DNA from: a virus
IMG/VR virus record: IMGVR_UViG_3300047297_000301
Coordinates: 35,691 to 99,690 of that record
DNA: 64,000 bases
Direction: 5' to 3' (one strand)
Under the pieces are notes generated by a model. It saw only the letters and a list, made by a program, of their open reading frames with translations. It did no database searches and was not told where the DNA came from. How positions within the stretch are numbered: the stretch's first letter is position 1; every line of letters starts with the position of its first letter. The translations under genes and the position numbers were made by a program. Positions 29,782 through 38,545 of the stretch are shown piece after piece.

Positions 29782-30738
29782 TTAAGCATCTACTTTGTGT
29801 AGTATGCAAGGGATAATTTCACCCGATCTAATTATGGCTACGGTGTCTCCTATTTGGAGATCCAGCATTTCAATAAAACCAGGATTATTAAGAGTAGCCC
29901 TACTGACTAGAGCATCACCAATATAAACAGGCTCAAGAATAGCAACTGGAGTAACCTTACCACTTTTGCCAACTTGCCATTCAACATCAAGGAGTTTTGT
30001 TTCAACATGAGCCTGTCGTTCTTTTTTAGCATATGCACCACGGGGATGTTTGCTAGTATACCCTAAGTCTTGGAATACTTGTGTGTCGTTTACACGAAAC
30101 ACAACACCATCGCAAGGGTATACTTTGTCTAAGTCAGGCTCACTGATTACATTGAAACCATACTGTTTTAATATGTTCAGCTCTGCTCGATACGTTGTTG
30201 TAATACTAGGCTGAGCACCATATGCAAAGAAACTTACTGCACGGGTACTAAACTCTGTTGAATCTTTTAAGTTAAGAGAACCTGCTGCATAATTACGAGC
30301 ATTTTCAATATAACTTGGAGCAACAATCTCACCAGTAACTTGATAGATTCCTGTTAGTGGAATTGTGTGCGGTACTAAACCAGTATGACTAAGAATCTTG
30401 TCAGTAATAATTTGACCTTCAACACCATCACCACGAGTTAACGCACGTACAAGGTTGCCATCCACATACAATAAGCTAATAGCAGCACCATCGAGCTTGG
30501 CAGTAGTAACAATATCGCTGATACCATCCAAAGGACGCTTTTGATTTTCATCTTCATAATACTTTTGCAGTGAATACATTTGATAAACATGACGCTCGAC
30601 ATTGCCGTGTTGCTTAGCACCTATGGCATTATATCCGATAGACTCTGCAAGTCTATCGAACTGGTCGTCAGTAATGATCGGAGCACCACTATAGTAGGCT
30701 CGTGAAGCTAGATTTAAATATTGTTCAAGTTTGTTCAT
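29782..30738 (-). CDS. NAD-dependent DNA ligase, subunit A
   Basis: KLDG adenylation motif, TRGDG, DGVV, RSGEIIP. Confidence 0.9.
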   Translation of the reverse strand: MNKLEQYLNLASRAYYSGAPIITDDQFDRLAESIGYNAIGAKQHGNVERHVYQMYSLQKYYEDENQKRPLDGISDIVTTAKLDGAAISLLYVDGNLVRALTRGDGVEGQIITDKILSHTGLVPHTIPLTGIYQVTGEIVAPSYIENARNYAAGSLNLKDSTEFSTRAVSFFAYGAQPSITTTYRAELNILKQYGFNVISEPDLDKVYPCDGVVFRVNDTQVFQDLGYTSKHPRGAYAKKERQAHVETKLLDVEWQVGKSGKVTPVAILEPVYIGDALVSRATLNNPGFIEMLDLQIGDTVAIIRSGEIIPCILHKVDA

Positions 30739-30776
30739 AAGTATTATTATAACATTTTAAACTAAGCGTTTCAAGT

Positions 30777-31058
30777 TTATTTTTCTTTTATCTTGTCTGA
30801 GAAGTATTCAATAACTTCTTTGCCTTCGGCTTGAGCACAAATGTCAAACAGTCCGTAAAGTAGCGAATGAATATTTTCAATAGATGCTGGAATTGAAATA
30901 CCTTCGCGTGAAGGAACCCAGTCACCTTCATAACTTAAAAAGTACTTGCGTAGCTGAACATAAATTACATCTCGGAACTCATTGACTACTAACTTTACCT
31001 GAAAGCCTTTTTCCATGTTTTCTTCGATTAATCGTTCATATAGGATATTAGCATCCAT
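30777..31058 (-). CDS. PC4/p15-like ssDNA-binding protein
   Basis: VNEFR..YVQLRKY..W.P..EGISI pattern. Confidence 0.7.
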   Translation of the reverse strand: MDANILYERLIEENMEKGFQVKLVVNEFRDVIYVQLRKYFLSYEGDWVPSREGISIPASIENIHSLLYGLFDICAQAEGKEVIEYFSDKIKEK

Positions 31059-31684
31059 TATATTCTAACTCCCATTTGTCGTAAATGCTCAAGACTGGCT
31101 AGTTCAGCTGCTTCTTGATATGCGTTTTGTTGCCAACGTTCAGCAAGCAACCAAATTCTGTAAACAAAACCATGCTTGTCTGTTTTTTGTTCTGCATCAA
31201 TGCGTGCAGTAGAGTCATAGCGCGAACTATAAACTACTTCACCAACTTTAAACCTGTCACGAACTGCGCCGTCTGGAATCATTTCAGGAGTAAAATAGCT
31301 TGATCCAGGTACACGAATTGGTACTGAATTACCTTCTAGGATATCTTTAATAAAACGGCTACTGCGATATGTCATTTTTGAAATAGCATCCACAGTTTCG
31401 CCATTTAAGTATTCTGAAATAATATAAACTTTTTCTTCTTGCGTTGCAGGTTTACCACGCAGTTGTGACTTGCGTTCTGAAATACGAGATTGTTTTTGTT
31501 TATATTCATCAATAATAGTACCTAGTCTGGTAGTATTATAAGCCATGCCTAAAATAGCACACGCGTCTTTTTTGGTAATTGGTTTCTTACCTTCTTCAAC
31601 AGGATCAAGTAGTTTAATGACTCGTGCAATATTTACATCAGTCATCAATTCTGTTTCTAGTTGGGGACGTTTACGTGTTGCCAT
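31058..31684 (-). CDS. T5-like HTH DNA-binding protein
   Basis: TKKDAC.ILG.AYNTTRL motif. Confidence 0.6.
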   Translation of the reverse strand: MATRKRPQLETELMTDVNIARVIKLLDPVEEGKKPITKKDACAILGMAYNTTRLGTIIDEYKQKQSRISERKSQLRGKPATQEEKVYIISEYLNGETVDAISKMTYRSSRFIKDILEGNSVPIRVPGSSYFTPEMIPDGAVRDRFKVGEVVYSSRYDSTARIDAEQKTDKHGFVYRIWLLAERWQQNAYQEAAELASLEHLRQMGVRI

Positions 31685-31710
31685 TTTATTCCTTTGTTAT
31701 TAAAACGAAA

Positions 31711-31732
31711 AAAGGCGGCACAGAGCCGCCTT
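31711..31732 (-). terminator. intrinsic terminator
   Basis: AAGGCGGC-ACAGA-GCCGCCTT with T-tract on minus. Confidence 0.75.
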
Positions 31733-31735
31733 GAA

Positions 31736-32092
31736 TTACTTCAATATTGATAAGAAGTACACTGCTGCTTTACCAGTCAGTTTGCTAAGAATGTCTTCGT
31801 CAACTTCTTTGCCTGCTGCCTCAATAGCTGTGCGAAGTTCAGCGATTGAAGAATCTTTTGACACACGTTTTGTGCCTTCACCGCTAGGTGCTTTTGTTTT
31901 TGTTGTGGAAGCACCCGCTTCTTTTTTCACATAAACACCAGCTTGTACTAGTACCATGCGAACGCCATTAGGCGACATTTCAATTTCTTCTGCAATATCT
32001 TTGATAATTTCAGTAGAGGATTCAGGTGTTGGGCCTGCACCTTCGTATTTAGCAATTACTTCTGCTTTGAGTTCTTCTGTCCAAGTTGCCAT
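31736..32092 (-). CDS. D3: T5 D3-like DNA-binding protein
   Basis: WTEELK..SPNGVRMVL.QAGVYVKK..KLTGKAA pattern; synteny. Confidence 0.65.
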   Translation of the reverse strand: MATWTEELKAEVIAKYEGAGPTPESSTEIIKDIAEEIEMSPNGVRMVLVQAGVYVKKEAGASTTKTKAPSGEGTKRVSKDSSIAELRTAIEAAGKEVDEDILSKLTGKAAVYFLSILK

Positions 32093-32104
32093 TGTTTTCT
32101 TTCT

Positions 32105-32353
32105 TTAGTGTATATTTTTATCTGTTTTTAGATTACCTGTTTTAATCAGGTCGTTTTCAATTAACGCATTATAAGCTGCTTCATACGCACAAACTAAACT
32201 GTACAAATTGTCTGTTGGGATTAGACTATTTGGTAAGCCGTCAGGAGAAGTATGTGTGGCTACACACATTTCTTCAATTTTAGTACGAATCTGTAAACTT
32301 ATTTTAACTGCATCTGTTAATATTTCGCTATCCCATGTTCTAAACTTAGACAT
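32105..32353 (-). CDS. hypothetical protein
   Basis: start MSKFRTW. Confidence 0.5.
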   Translation of the reverse strand: MSKFRTWDSEILTDAVKISLQIRTKIEEMCVATHTSPDGLPNSLIPTDNLYSLVCAYEAAYNALIENDLIKTGNLKTDKNIH

Positions 32354-32618
32354 AATCTGTGGTAATGTCTGACATTTGCTCAGGGTTAAACTTACGATAG
32401 TTATGCTTAAGATCAAACTGTTCAAGCATTGTCATAGTTTGCTCATGCTGTGCTGACTTCAATGCCGAGAATTCACGACAAAAAACTGCAAACTCATCTT
32501 CAGGCATTTGTGAAACATCAATGGCTTCAACAAATTTAGTTGGACCAAACAAAGGAATTGCAGCACGCTTTGATTCTGTGCCGTCTGCTTTTGTATAAGT
32601 GAATTCTAAAAAGTTCAT
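32346..32618 (-). CDS. hypothetical protein
   Basis: FTYTKADG..S.R WYL/SH3-like start. Confidence 0.55.
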   Translation of the reverse strand: MNFLEFTYTKADGTESKRAAIPLFGPTKFVEAIDVSQMPEDEFAVFCREFSALKSAQHEQTMTMLEQFDLKHNYRKFNPEQMSDITTDYV

Positions 32619-32688
32619 AGTATGCGTTTCTTTCGTAAATTAAGTATATATTATACCCGTTTTGCAGTTTAGGGTCAAATGTAAAATT

Positions 32689-32952
32689 TTAAGTTTGACT
32701 TTCCATTACCGAGCGTTCCAGACCAGCTTTGAAACGTTCAGCAAAACTTGGTATAAGAATCGGTAAAACACTAAAAGGGGCGGTAATAGTAGTTATAGTT
32801 ATGTAGATTAAGTAGCTTAGCCAAGTACTTTCTGTAAAACTGTTGCGTATCCCTTGATCTCTAGCAAGTGATACAGCAGGAGATAAGAAAACATAACAGC
32901 TTGTAATACCTGTTGTTAGTGCAAATAAAAGATAGATTTCAATTACTTCCAT
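32689..32952 (-). CDS. membrane protein
   Basis: two hydrophobic segments. Confidence 0.55.
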   Translation of the reverse strand: MEVIEIYLLFALTTGITSCYVFLSPAVSLARDQGIRNSFTESTWLSYLIYITITTITAPFSVLPILIPSFAERFKAGLERSVMESQT

Positions 32953-33338
32953 ATTAAGTTACCTTTAGAATCGTGTGCTCTAGCACCCAAACTAAAGTTA
33001 ACTCTGCCTTCGATAACCTTTACTTTATCCCAATCACGTCGGTAAGCAAGTGCTCCTGACTGAACTTTAGGATTACTGCTAAATAAATCTGCACTAGCAC
33101 GACCTGTAAACTCTTTGAATAGTTTTGCAATCCTAATATTATCATGTGACCATACTGTTTTAGTAGTAGGTGTATGACGACGATATTTAATATTTGCTAA
33201 TGCGTCTTTAATCTGTTCGTTATTAGGTTGTTGTTTTAATAGTCGTGTTAACTTAATTTTGCGATTGGTAGCCCAACGTGTGCTGGATTTATACAATGCT
33301 GCGTATGCTTGTTTAGCTTTACTTCCTGAAGATGCCAT
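32943..33338 (-). CDS. basic hypothetical protein
   Basis: ORF in operon. Confidence 0.55.
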   Translation of the reverse strand: MASSGSKAKQAYAALYKSSTRWATNRKIKLTRLLKQQPNNEQIKDALANIKYRRHTPTTKTVWSHDNIRIAKLFKEFTGRASADLFSSNPKVQSGALAYRRDWDKVKVIEGRVNFSLGARAHDSKGNLIWK

Positions 33339-33341
33339 TAA

Positions 33342-33668
33342 TTACTCCGTGTCAAAATCTACTTCAAATTCATCGTTCCAAGAACTGTATACATAACCTT
33401 CAATGTCAGTTTCAGCACGCTCTGTCATTTCTTGCGCTTGCTTAACTGCTTGTTGAATTTTTTGAATTTCTTGCAAAGCTGCAATCAACTCAGGAATGGC
33501 TTCAACATGAACAGGTAAATAGCGATTGCAACCATCAAACAAACGAACTTCGTCTAAACCACCAGGACCTGTGCCGTGTTCTACGCCATAATAGTACTGG
33601 TTATCGTTTACTTCAAATAGACCATCGCCAAACATATCGTCGTTGGCATTACCAAAATAAATTTTCAT
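33342..33668 (-). CDS. acidic hypothetical protein
   Basis: start MKIYFGN after AAGGAA and promoter. Confidence 0.6.
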   Translation of the reverse strand: MKIYFGNANDDMFGDGLFEVNDNQYYYGVEHGTGPGGLDEVRLFDGCNRYLPVHVEAIPELIAALQEIQKIQQAVKQAQEMTERAETDIEGYVYSSWNDEFEVDFDTE

Positions 33669-33927
33669 TGTGTTTCCTTGTGTTAAAGTTTTCTTCAGAA
33701 CTTGTATTATAACAAAAATAGTACAATAGTTCAAGTATGTTTTTTACAAACAAAAAACCCAGCTTAGCGCTGGGTTAGTTGTTTTGAGTTTAATAGTTTA
33801 TCAGAAATAAACTTAGGTCTATTTTCTGGAGGGTAGTCTGGAACAAATTTTGTAATTGTTCCACTATGTTTCTGTTCAGGCTTTAAACCTTTGTGTTTTA
33901 AAAACCAATCAGAATAATCATATTTCA

Positions 33928-34003
<76 letters not shown>

Positions 34004-34013
34004 GACTCGTTTG

Positions 34014-34087
34014 TGGAGCGGGATATCAGGCTCGAACTGATCTCTCTAGTTTGGAAGACTAGGGCACAACCCCTATACCAATCCCGC
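34014..34087 (-). tRNA. tRNA-Gly(TCC)
   Basis: cloverleaf, anticodon loop CT-TCC-AA, U73, CCA encoded. Confidence 0.9.
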
Positions 34088-34178
34088 TTATACTTCTAGT
34101 GGTAGTACTTTTACTTGTACAAACCCGTATTCATCAATTTTCCATACTAATACTTCATAAATATTAGCTGTGGAATAT

Positions 34179-34445
34179 TTAAAAGGGGACATCTTTGCTC
34201 TCCCAAGGTTCGACTTCGTTTTTGTAATGTTCTTCGACTTCTTTAAATCCTGCACGAGATAATAAATCAGTCATAACAGGAGTTGTAAAATTTACAAACC
34301 CTTGTTTGTTAAGCCAAATAAGATATTCAAAATCATCTGCTATAATATCACATACTCTACAACCAGCAAATTTGCCCATTGTTAGCTTATCTAACATATC
34401 TAGCTTATTAGATTTTAAATTACCAAATGTTTTTGCCATTACCAA
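34179..34445 (-). CDS. small protein with ExoX-C-terminal-like domain and DVPF tail
   Basis: LTMGKF.G....I...D.EYL.W pattern. Confidence 0.55.
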   Translation of the reverse strand: MVMAKTFGNLKSNKLDMLDKLTMGKFAGCRVCDIIADDFEYLIWLNKQGFVNFTTPVMTDLLSRAGFKEVEEHYKNEVEPWESKDVPF

Positions 34446-34597
34446 TGCCTTATAACGCCTGCTACAATAAACAAGTTTGTTACTATGTAAGTAAGTACAA
34501 TTATAGTACGAACTATGGCTACTTTATCTGCTTCACAGTCCGTGTTACCAGATTTTTCGCCTAGTGCTTTACTCCACAACCGCCACAGATTCTTCAT
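34439..34597 (-). CDS. small membrane protein (52 aa)
   Basis: LWRLWSKALGEKSG..D.EADK..IVRT..TN..IVAGVIRHW; below track cutoff. Confidence 0.55.
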   Translation of the reverse strand: MKNLWRLWSKALGEKSGNTDCEADKVAIVRTIIVLTYIVTNLFIVAGVIRHW

Positions 34598-35159
34598 CTA
34601 ATTCCTGCTGTGCAGCCGCTTTAGCTAATAGTAAATCAATTCGTGCCATAACTTGTTCTGAAGTCATCCAAATATCTTTGTTGTGCAACATAGATTGAAT
34701 TTCATCTGGTGTTAAAAAGTCTTTGTATACTTCGCTTAAGAAGTTCTCACTCCAAGCACGTTCGAACTGAAGTTGGTCAAACATTTCTCCGCCTTTGCCG
34801 AACACACCTGCTGAATAATTGTGAAACATAAATAGTGAATGAGGGGTTACTTCAAACTCATCTCCGTGTAAAAATACCATTGTTGCAGCACTCATACAAG
34901 CACCCTCTACCGAAGTAATTACATGAGCATCTGTTTCTGACATAACGCGTAAAAATTGTAGTGCAGTATATAAATCACCGCCACTACTATTAATATAGAT
35001 TTTAACTGTGTCTGTGCTACGAGCATTACGAATAGTGTCAAACCACTCTGTATACTCACTAGCTTCTTCAATTTCGCCAGACAGATAGAATTCATAAATG
35101 TTACCAGTATTTTTAGTAAAATACTGTTTACCTAATGTAATTTTTGCTTCATCTATCAT
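34569..35159 (-). CDS. clpP: ClpP-like protease
   Basis: YINSSGG, CMSAA (catalytic Ser), FMFH, D.WM motifs. Confidence 0.85.
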   Translation of the reverse strand: MIDEAKITLGKQYFTKNTGNIYEFYLSGEIEEASEYTEWFDTIRNARSTDTVKIYINSSGGDLYTALQFLRVMSETDAHVITSVEGACMSAATMVFLHGDEFEVTPHSLFMFHNYSAGVFGKGGEMFDQLQFERAWSENFLSEVYKDFLTPDEIQSMLHNKDIWMTSEQVMARIDLLLAKAAAQQELDEESVAVVE

Positions 35160-35170
35160 TTATATTCTCT

Positions 35171-35710
35171 TTAATTTGTTGTAACAGTATTAAATACTAT
35201 TACTGTTTTTCTATTATCACTAATATTTAGTGGTGACCTATGCCATAATATTGAAGGCATAGTAAGTATTGATCCTTCATAAATGTCTGGTATCAGTATT
35301 GAATTGTCTTCATTTAATATTTCGGTTTTAGTATCGTTATTAGGTAGTTCTAGATAATATATATTAGTCCAATTTACTTCACCATGAATATGCCAGGTAT
35401 GGTAGTCATTTTTATAATATTGCTGAAACCATGAATTATGGTACTTGAATTCAGTAATATTTAATTTCTTATAAACCTTAGACATAGTTTTTGTTAAACT
35501 AGGCTCTAATATTGACCAGTACTTTCTTGCAATATGTCTTGGTAAGTTCCAATCAGTTTTAGATATTACTTCACTACCATTATTATTTTGGTGACTATTA
35601 GGCATTTTGTCGATACTGTCTAATAAAGAACCTTTAATACTGCTGTGCTGTTCAAATCTAGTAACAGCATAAGGGCAATAAATATAACTAACTTTAATGT
35701 CTTCTATCAT
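35171..35710 (-). CDS. putative 2OG-Fe(II) oxygenase
   Basis: SWFQQY..H.WH.H, IYYL, PS.LWHRS..N....RK.VI.FN. Confidence 0.7.
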   Translation of the reverse strand: MIEDIKVSYIYCPYAVTRFEQHSSIKGSLLDSIDKMPNSHQNNNGSEVISKTDWNLPRHIARKYWSILEPSLTKTMSKVYKKLNITEFKYHNSWFQQYYKNDYHTWHIHGEVNWTNIYYLELPNNDTKTEILNEDNSILIPDIYEGSILTMPSILWHRSPLNISDNRKTVIVFNTVTTN

Positions 35711-35871
35711 ATATTTTTAGTTAAGTGATTTTAGATATTCTTGGCAAGCTGCGACCCAAGCGACAACAGTCATGTTGTCTGTAACTTGTTCGTAGTTTTG
35801 GATAACCCAATGGCAAATATCTGTAGTTTTGGCATGATAGCCAGGAATTAAGTCCATAGTTACCTTTATAT

Positions 35872-35949
35872 TGGAAGTGCGAGTCAGATTTGAACTGACG
35901 ACTTTCAGGATTTGCAATCCCGTGCATTTGACCACTCTGCCATCGCACT
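35872..35949 (-). tRNA. tRNA-Cys(GCA)
   Basis: cloverleaf, loop TT-GCA-AA, U73, CCA. Confidence 0.9.
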
Positions 35950-35955
35950 ATAATT

Positions 35956-36031
35956 TGGGCAGAAGTATGGGAATCGAACCCATATTAACGGAATCACAAT
36001 CCGTGGTGTTAACCGTTACACTAACAACTGC
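35956..36031 (-). tRNA. tRNA-His(GTG)
   Basis: G-1:C73, loop TT-GTG-AT; two U:U mismatches in acceptor stem. Confidence 0.85.
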
Positions 36032-36036
36032 GTAAT

Positions 36037-36111
36037 TGGCGGTCTTATGGGGTAACGATCCCCATCTACAGCAGTGACAGTGCTGTGTGCGTCCGTGAAC
36101 ACTTTAAGACC
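36037..36111 (-). tRNA. tRNA-Asp(GTC)
   Basis: cloverleaf, loop CT-GTC-AC, G73; atypical T-loop ATCGTTA. Confidence 0.85.
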
Positions 36112-36211
36112 ATTTTTTAGTAGCGCCTGGTCGCTAATTCCAGGTCGCCTCAGCGTCAGGGAGGAGAATAACGCTTACATGCAATAGCCAATGAATTCGC
36201 TACTAAAAAAT
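36112..36211 (-). ncRNA. candidate ~100 nt structured RNA between tRNA-Glu and tRNA-Asp
   Basis: 14-bp perfect closing stem, two internal hairpins, loop UUCUCCUCCC. Confidence 0.6.
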
Positions 36212-36286
36212 GGTGTCCCGTACCAGATTCGAACTGGTGTGCTCGCCGTGAAAGGGCGGTATCCTAGGCCTCTAGATGAACGGGAC
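36211..36286 (-). tRNA. tRNA-Glu(TTC)
   Basis: cloverleaf, loop CT-TTC-AC, CCA. Confidence 0.9.
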
Positions 36287-36292
36287 TTGTTT

Positions 36293-36376
36293 TGGTACGA
36301 GTAATCGGAGTCGAACCGATACGCTTTACACGGCAGATTTTAAGTCTGCTGGGTCTACCAATTCCCCCATACTCGC
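36293..36376 (-). tRNA. tRNA-Leu(TAA)
   Basis: long variable arm, loop CT-TAA-AA, A73, CCA. Confidence 0.9.
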
Positions 36377-36381
36377 GTGTT

Positions 36382-36585
36382 TTATACTAATCTAACTACG
36401 ACTGTGATTAAGTCAAGCCATACTGAACTGTGATTGTCTTTAAGATAATCTATGTTTCGGATTGAAAGGTATGGTCCACATACAACTTTAAAATCTTTTC
36501 CAGCGTTCCAGTCTGCTTTAGCTTCTTCAGTAGTTTTATATTGTCTGCCGTAAGCAGGCATAATCATTAACGGATTAGCTTTCAT
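36382..36585 (-). CDS. hypothetical protein
   Basis: PAYGR.YK......DW.AGKDF motif. Confidence 0.6.
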   Translation of the reverse strand: MKANPLMIMPAYGRQYKTTEEAKADWNAGKDFKVVCGPYLSIRNIDYLKDNHSSVWLDLITVVVRLV

Positions 36586-36611
36586 AGATTATCCTTGTCG
36601 TTAAAGAATAA

Positions 36612-36794
36612 TTATAACAAACTTTTACCAGAATTGTCAACTTTGAATTCTTGCACTTGTTGAGTTTCTTGATTGTTGCGAGTAGGCTTATCAGTTTCGC
36701 TATCGGTAGCAAATATTGCATCCCAGCGAGTTGCGTACTCTTGGTCACTTACACTTAAGGGTCTTGGTTTAGAACCTTTTCCACCATCTGACAT
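36612..36794 (-). CDS. hypothetical protein
   Basis: MSDGGKGS.PRP...W..IF motif common in aquatic phages; RBS GGAG. Confidence 0.6.
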   Translation of the reverse strand: MSDGGKGSKPRPLSVSDQEYATRWDAIFATDSETDKPTRNNQETQQVQEFKVDNSGKSLL

Positions 36795-36897
36795 TTGTTT
36801 CTCCAATTAAATAAGGTTTAGGTTTGCATATGTTTGTACACAAACCTAAACCTTAGTTTAGGACAGGCTTCTCACCTGTTTGGGACGGAGTCCTGTT

Positions 36898-36968
36898 TGG
36901 TTGCGGCGGAAGGACTCGAACCTTCTAAGCGGAGCTTATGAGACTTGCTTTTACCCTGACTCACCGCG
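36898..36968 (-). tRNA. atypical initiator-like tRNA(CAT) lacking a D-stem
   Basis: C1:A72 mismatch acceptor stem, perfect T-arm, CT-CAT-AA loop, CCA; 71 nt. Confidence 0.65.
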
Positions 36969-36972
36969 GTTT

Positions 36973-37134
36973 TTAATAACAAGTATTAAACAATTTCTTG
37001 CTTTGATAATCTTCCCAGATGCGCTCTAATCGTTGAACATCGGCGTGATCTTGTGGATTACCATCAGCAATAAATTCATCTAGCGTATAAGGCTTGAATA
37101 TGTCCTGTAAACGCTGCATTAGATTACTTAACAT
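36973..37134 (-). CDS. small DUF3563-like protein
   Basis: LDEFIA..NPQD.ADV.RLER.W pattern. Confidence 0.45.
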   Translation of the reverse strand: MLSNLMQRLQDIFKPYTLDEFIADGNPQDHADVQRLERIWEDYQSKKLFNTCY

Positions 37135-37351
37135 CTTTAACAAAGCCATATAACTTGTTGGCTTCTTTAACTACATCTTCTAATGAGTGCATTTTAGGAG
37201 CATAACTCTGCCAGTCTTCAGCAACTTTTTTACCTTCTTTGACAAGTTGTTCAAAAGTATACTGAGCAAATTCCAAGTTAATCTCTTGTTGTTTTGTCAA
37301 ATAGTCTTGTGCCATTTTCAGCATTTCTGCACGAATTTCAAAAGGATTCAT
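37124..37351 (-). CDS. hypothetical protein
   Basis: NPFEIR.E.LKMA.DYL...A..LY.FV family common in aquatic phages. Confidence 0.6.
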   Translation of the reverse strand: MNPFEIRAEMLKMAQDYLTKQQEINLEFAQYTFEQLVKEGKKVAEDWQSYAPKMHSLEDVVKEANKLYGFVKDVK

Positions 37352-37566
37352 TTTGAATCCTTTGTACTCTGCAAAATGTTTGATTGTTTGTCAAAGTAGT
37401 GTTTTGCAACAGTTGTTGTGTTATCTACTACCATTTTAGCCCAGGCTGTTTGAGCATCAATAAAGTCATTGGCTGCTTTATTTAAAATTGGATCAGTAAT
37501 GACTTTATTAGTAAAGTCGTGTTTAAGACTCTGAAAAGAGTTAATATAAAATTGAGGTGTAAACAT
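37348..37566 (-). CDS. phasin-like amphipathic protein
   Basis: I..FQ..K..F......L......FIDAQT..AK helical pattern; RBS AAGGAA. Confidence 0.4.
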   Translation of the reverse strand: MFTPQFYINSFQSLKHDFTNKVITDPILNKAANDFIDAQTAWAKMVVDNTTTVAKHYFDKQSNILQSTKDSK

Positions 37567-37670
37567 AAAGTTCCTTGTGTTGTGTGTGAAAAGTCCGAGA
37601 AATATTTACACAGCCTTGCTCGGACTGCTGTAAGGATAGTTTTCTTGGTTTCCTTAAACCTGAGGGGTTA

Positions 37671-38003
37671 TTAGAGTGCTGGAATCTTAGTTAAAGTGCT
37701 AACTTTATGTCCAACAATAGTATCTGTTGCTTCGTATTTGCCGTCTGCATCGGGTCGGTAAACTCTGATAAGTGCGCCTGGGTCTTCGGGCGTACCAGTA
37801 ATTTTAAAACTACTACCAGGAACTTGTTCACTGCCATTAGTAATTACTTTAGTTACTTTTCCACGAGCAGTGCCGCCACTGCTGCCCCAGCTAACTGAGT
37901 CTCCAGTTTTGACTTGTTTGGCTTTTTCTACTTGTTGCTGTATGTTATCTACATACGTATCTAATAGCTTGATAACTCTGCTATTAAAATCTGCTGTAGT
38001 CAT
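37671..38003 (-). CDS. DUF2945/Tudor-like domain protein
   Basis: KTGDSVSW.SSGG.ARGKV.K..VGHK.STL.K. Confidence 0.55.
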   Translation of the reverse strand: MTTADFNSRVIKLLDTYVDNIQQQVEKAKQVKTGDSVSWGSSGGTARGKVTKVITNGSEQVPGSSFKITGTPEDPGALIRVYRPDADGKYEATDTIVGHKVSTLTKIPAL

Positions 38004-38194
38004 TCTGACTTGCCAAGACGACCCATGTCGCCTTCATGTGTAGTTCCAGGGGCAACAGTGATATTTACTGGCATTAGCTCAACGCTTCCCATAGCTAAAC
38101 CACTAGTGTCTACACCAGTTTTAGGGTTTTTTACTTCGGCGTAACCTTCGGTATAGGGTAAACCTTCGGGTGTTTGCATAGATTTGATTTTCAT
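38000..38194 (-). CDS. hypothetical protein
   Basis: ORF with RBS. Confidence 0.5.
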   Translation of the reverse strand: MKIKSMQTPEGLPYTEGYAEVKNPKTGVDTSGLAMGSVELMPVNITVAPGTTHEGDMGRLGKSE

Positions 38195-38202
38195 AAGATT
38201 CC

Positions 38203-38412
38203 TTACTTATATTTAGGGTACATACTTTTGCAGCTTGCACATTCGCAAGTAGCACAATGATATGGGTTTGTAGGTTGTACTGGATACATATCTTTTCCTT
38301 CTTGAATATGTATAGCTGCTTCAGCAGCGTGGCAAGCTTCTAAGGTGTCAAACTGGCAATTACCGTTTGCGCCATACTTCCACTTACCATTTGAACACTT
38401 CATACATGGCAT
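38203..38412 (-). CDS. Cys-rich hypothetical protein
   Basis: MPC.KCSNGKWKYG and CxxCxCxxC motifs. Confidence 0.55.
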   Translation of the reverse strand: MPCMKCSNGKWKYGANGNCQFDTLEACHAAEAAIHIQEGKDMYPVQPTNPYHCATCECASCKSMYPKYK

Positions 38413-38413
38413 A

Positions 38414-38542
38414 CTAATCCTCTAGTTTGCGATTTAATACGCCACGAAGTTGTTTGTGAGTCTTTGTATGCGCCCCACATTTACGCTTAATCATATGCAC
38501 AACCACTAGGTTACGCATTTTTGGTAATTTTTTCTTTTTCAT
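38414..38542 (-). CDS. 42-aa basic peptide
   Basis: MKKKKLPKMRNLVVVHMIKRKCGAHTKTHKQLRGVLNRKLED. Confidence 0.45.
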   Translation of the reverse strand: MKKKKLPKMRNLVVVHMIKRKCGAHTKTHKQLRGVLNRKLED

Positions 38543-38545
38543 AAA

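Noticed and set aside
28934-30738. Split DNA ligase as a novelty or frameshift
   Set aside because: A two-gene NAD ligase is a known T5-family trait
35717-35948. ORFs 35717-35935 and 35721-35948
   Set aside because: Upstream parts overlap tRNA-Cys; at most a short ORF from MDLIPG is real
36112-36211. Theta/HDV-like ribozyme in tRNA trailer
   Set aside because: Helix order does not match P1-P2-P3-P1.1-P4 and there is no G at the tRNA 3' junction
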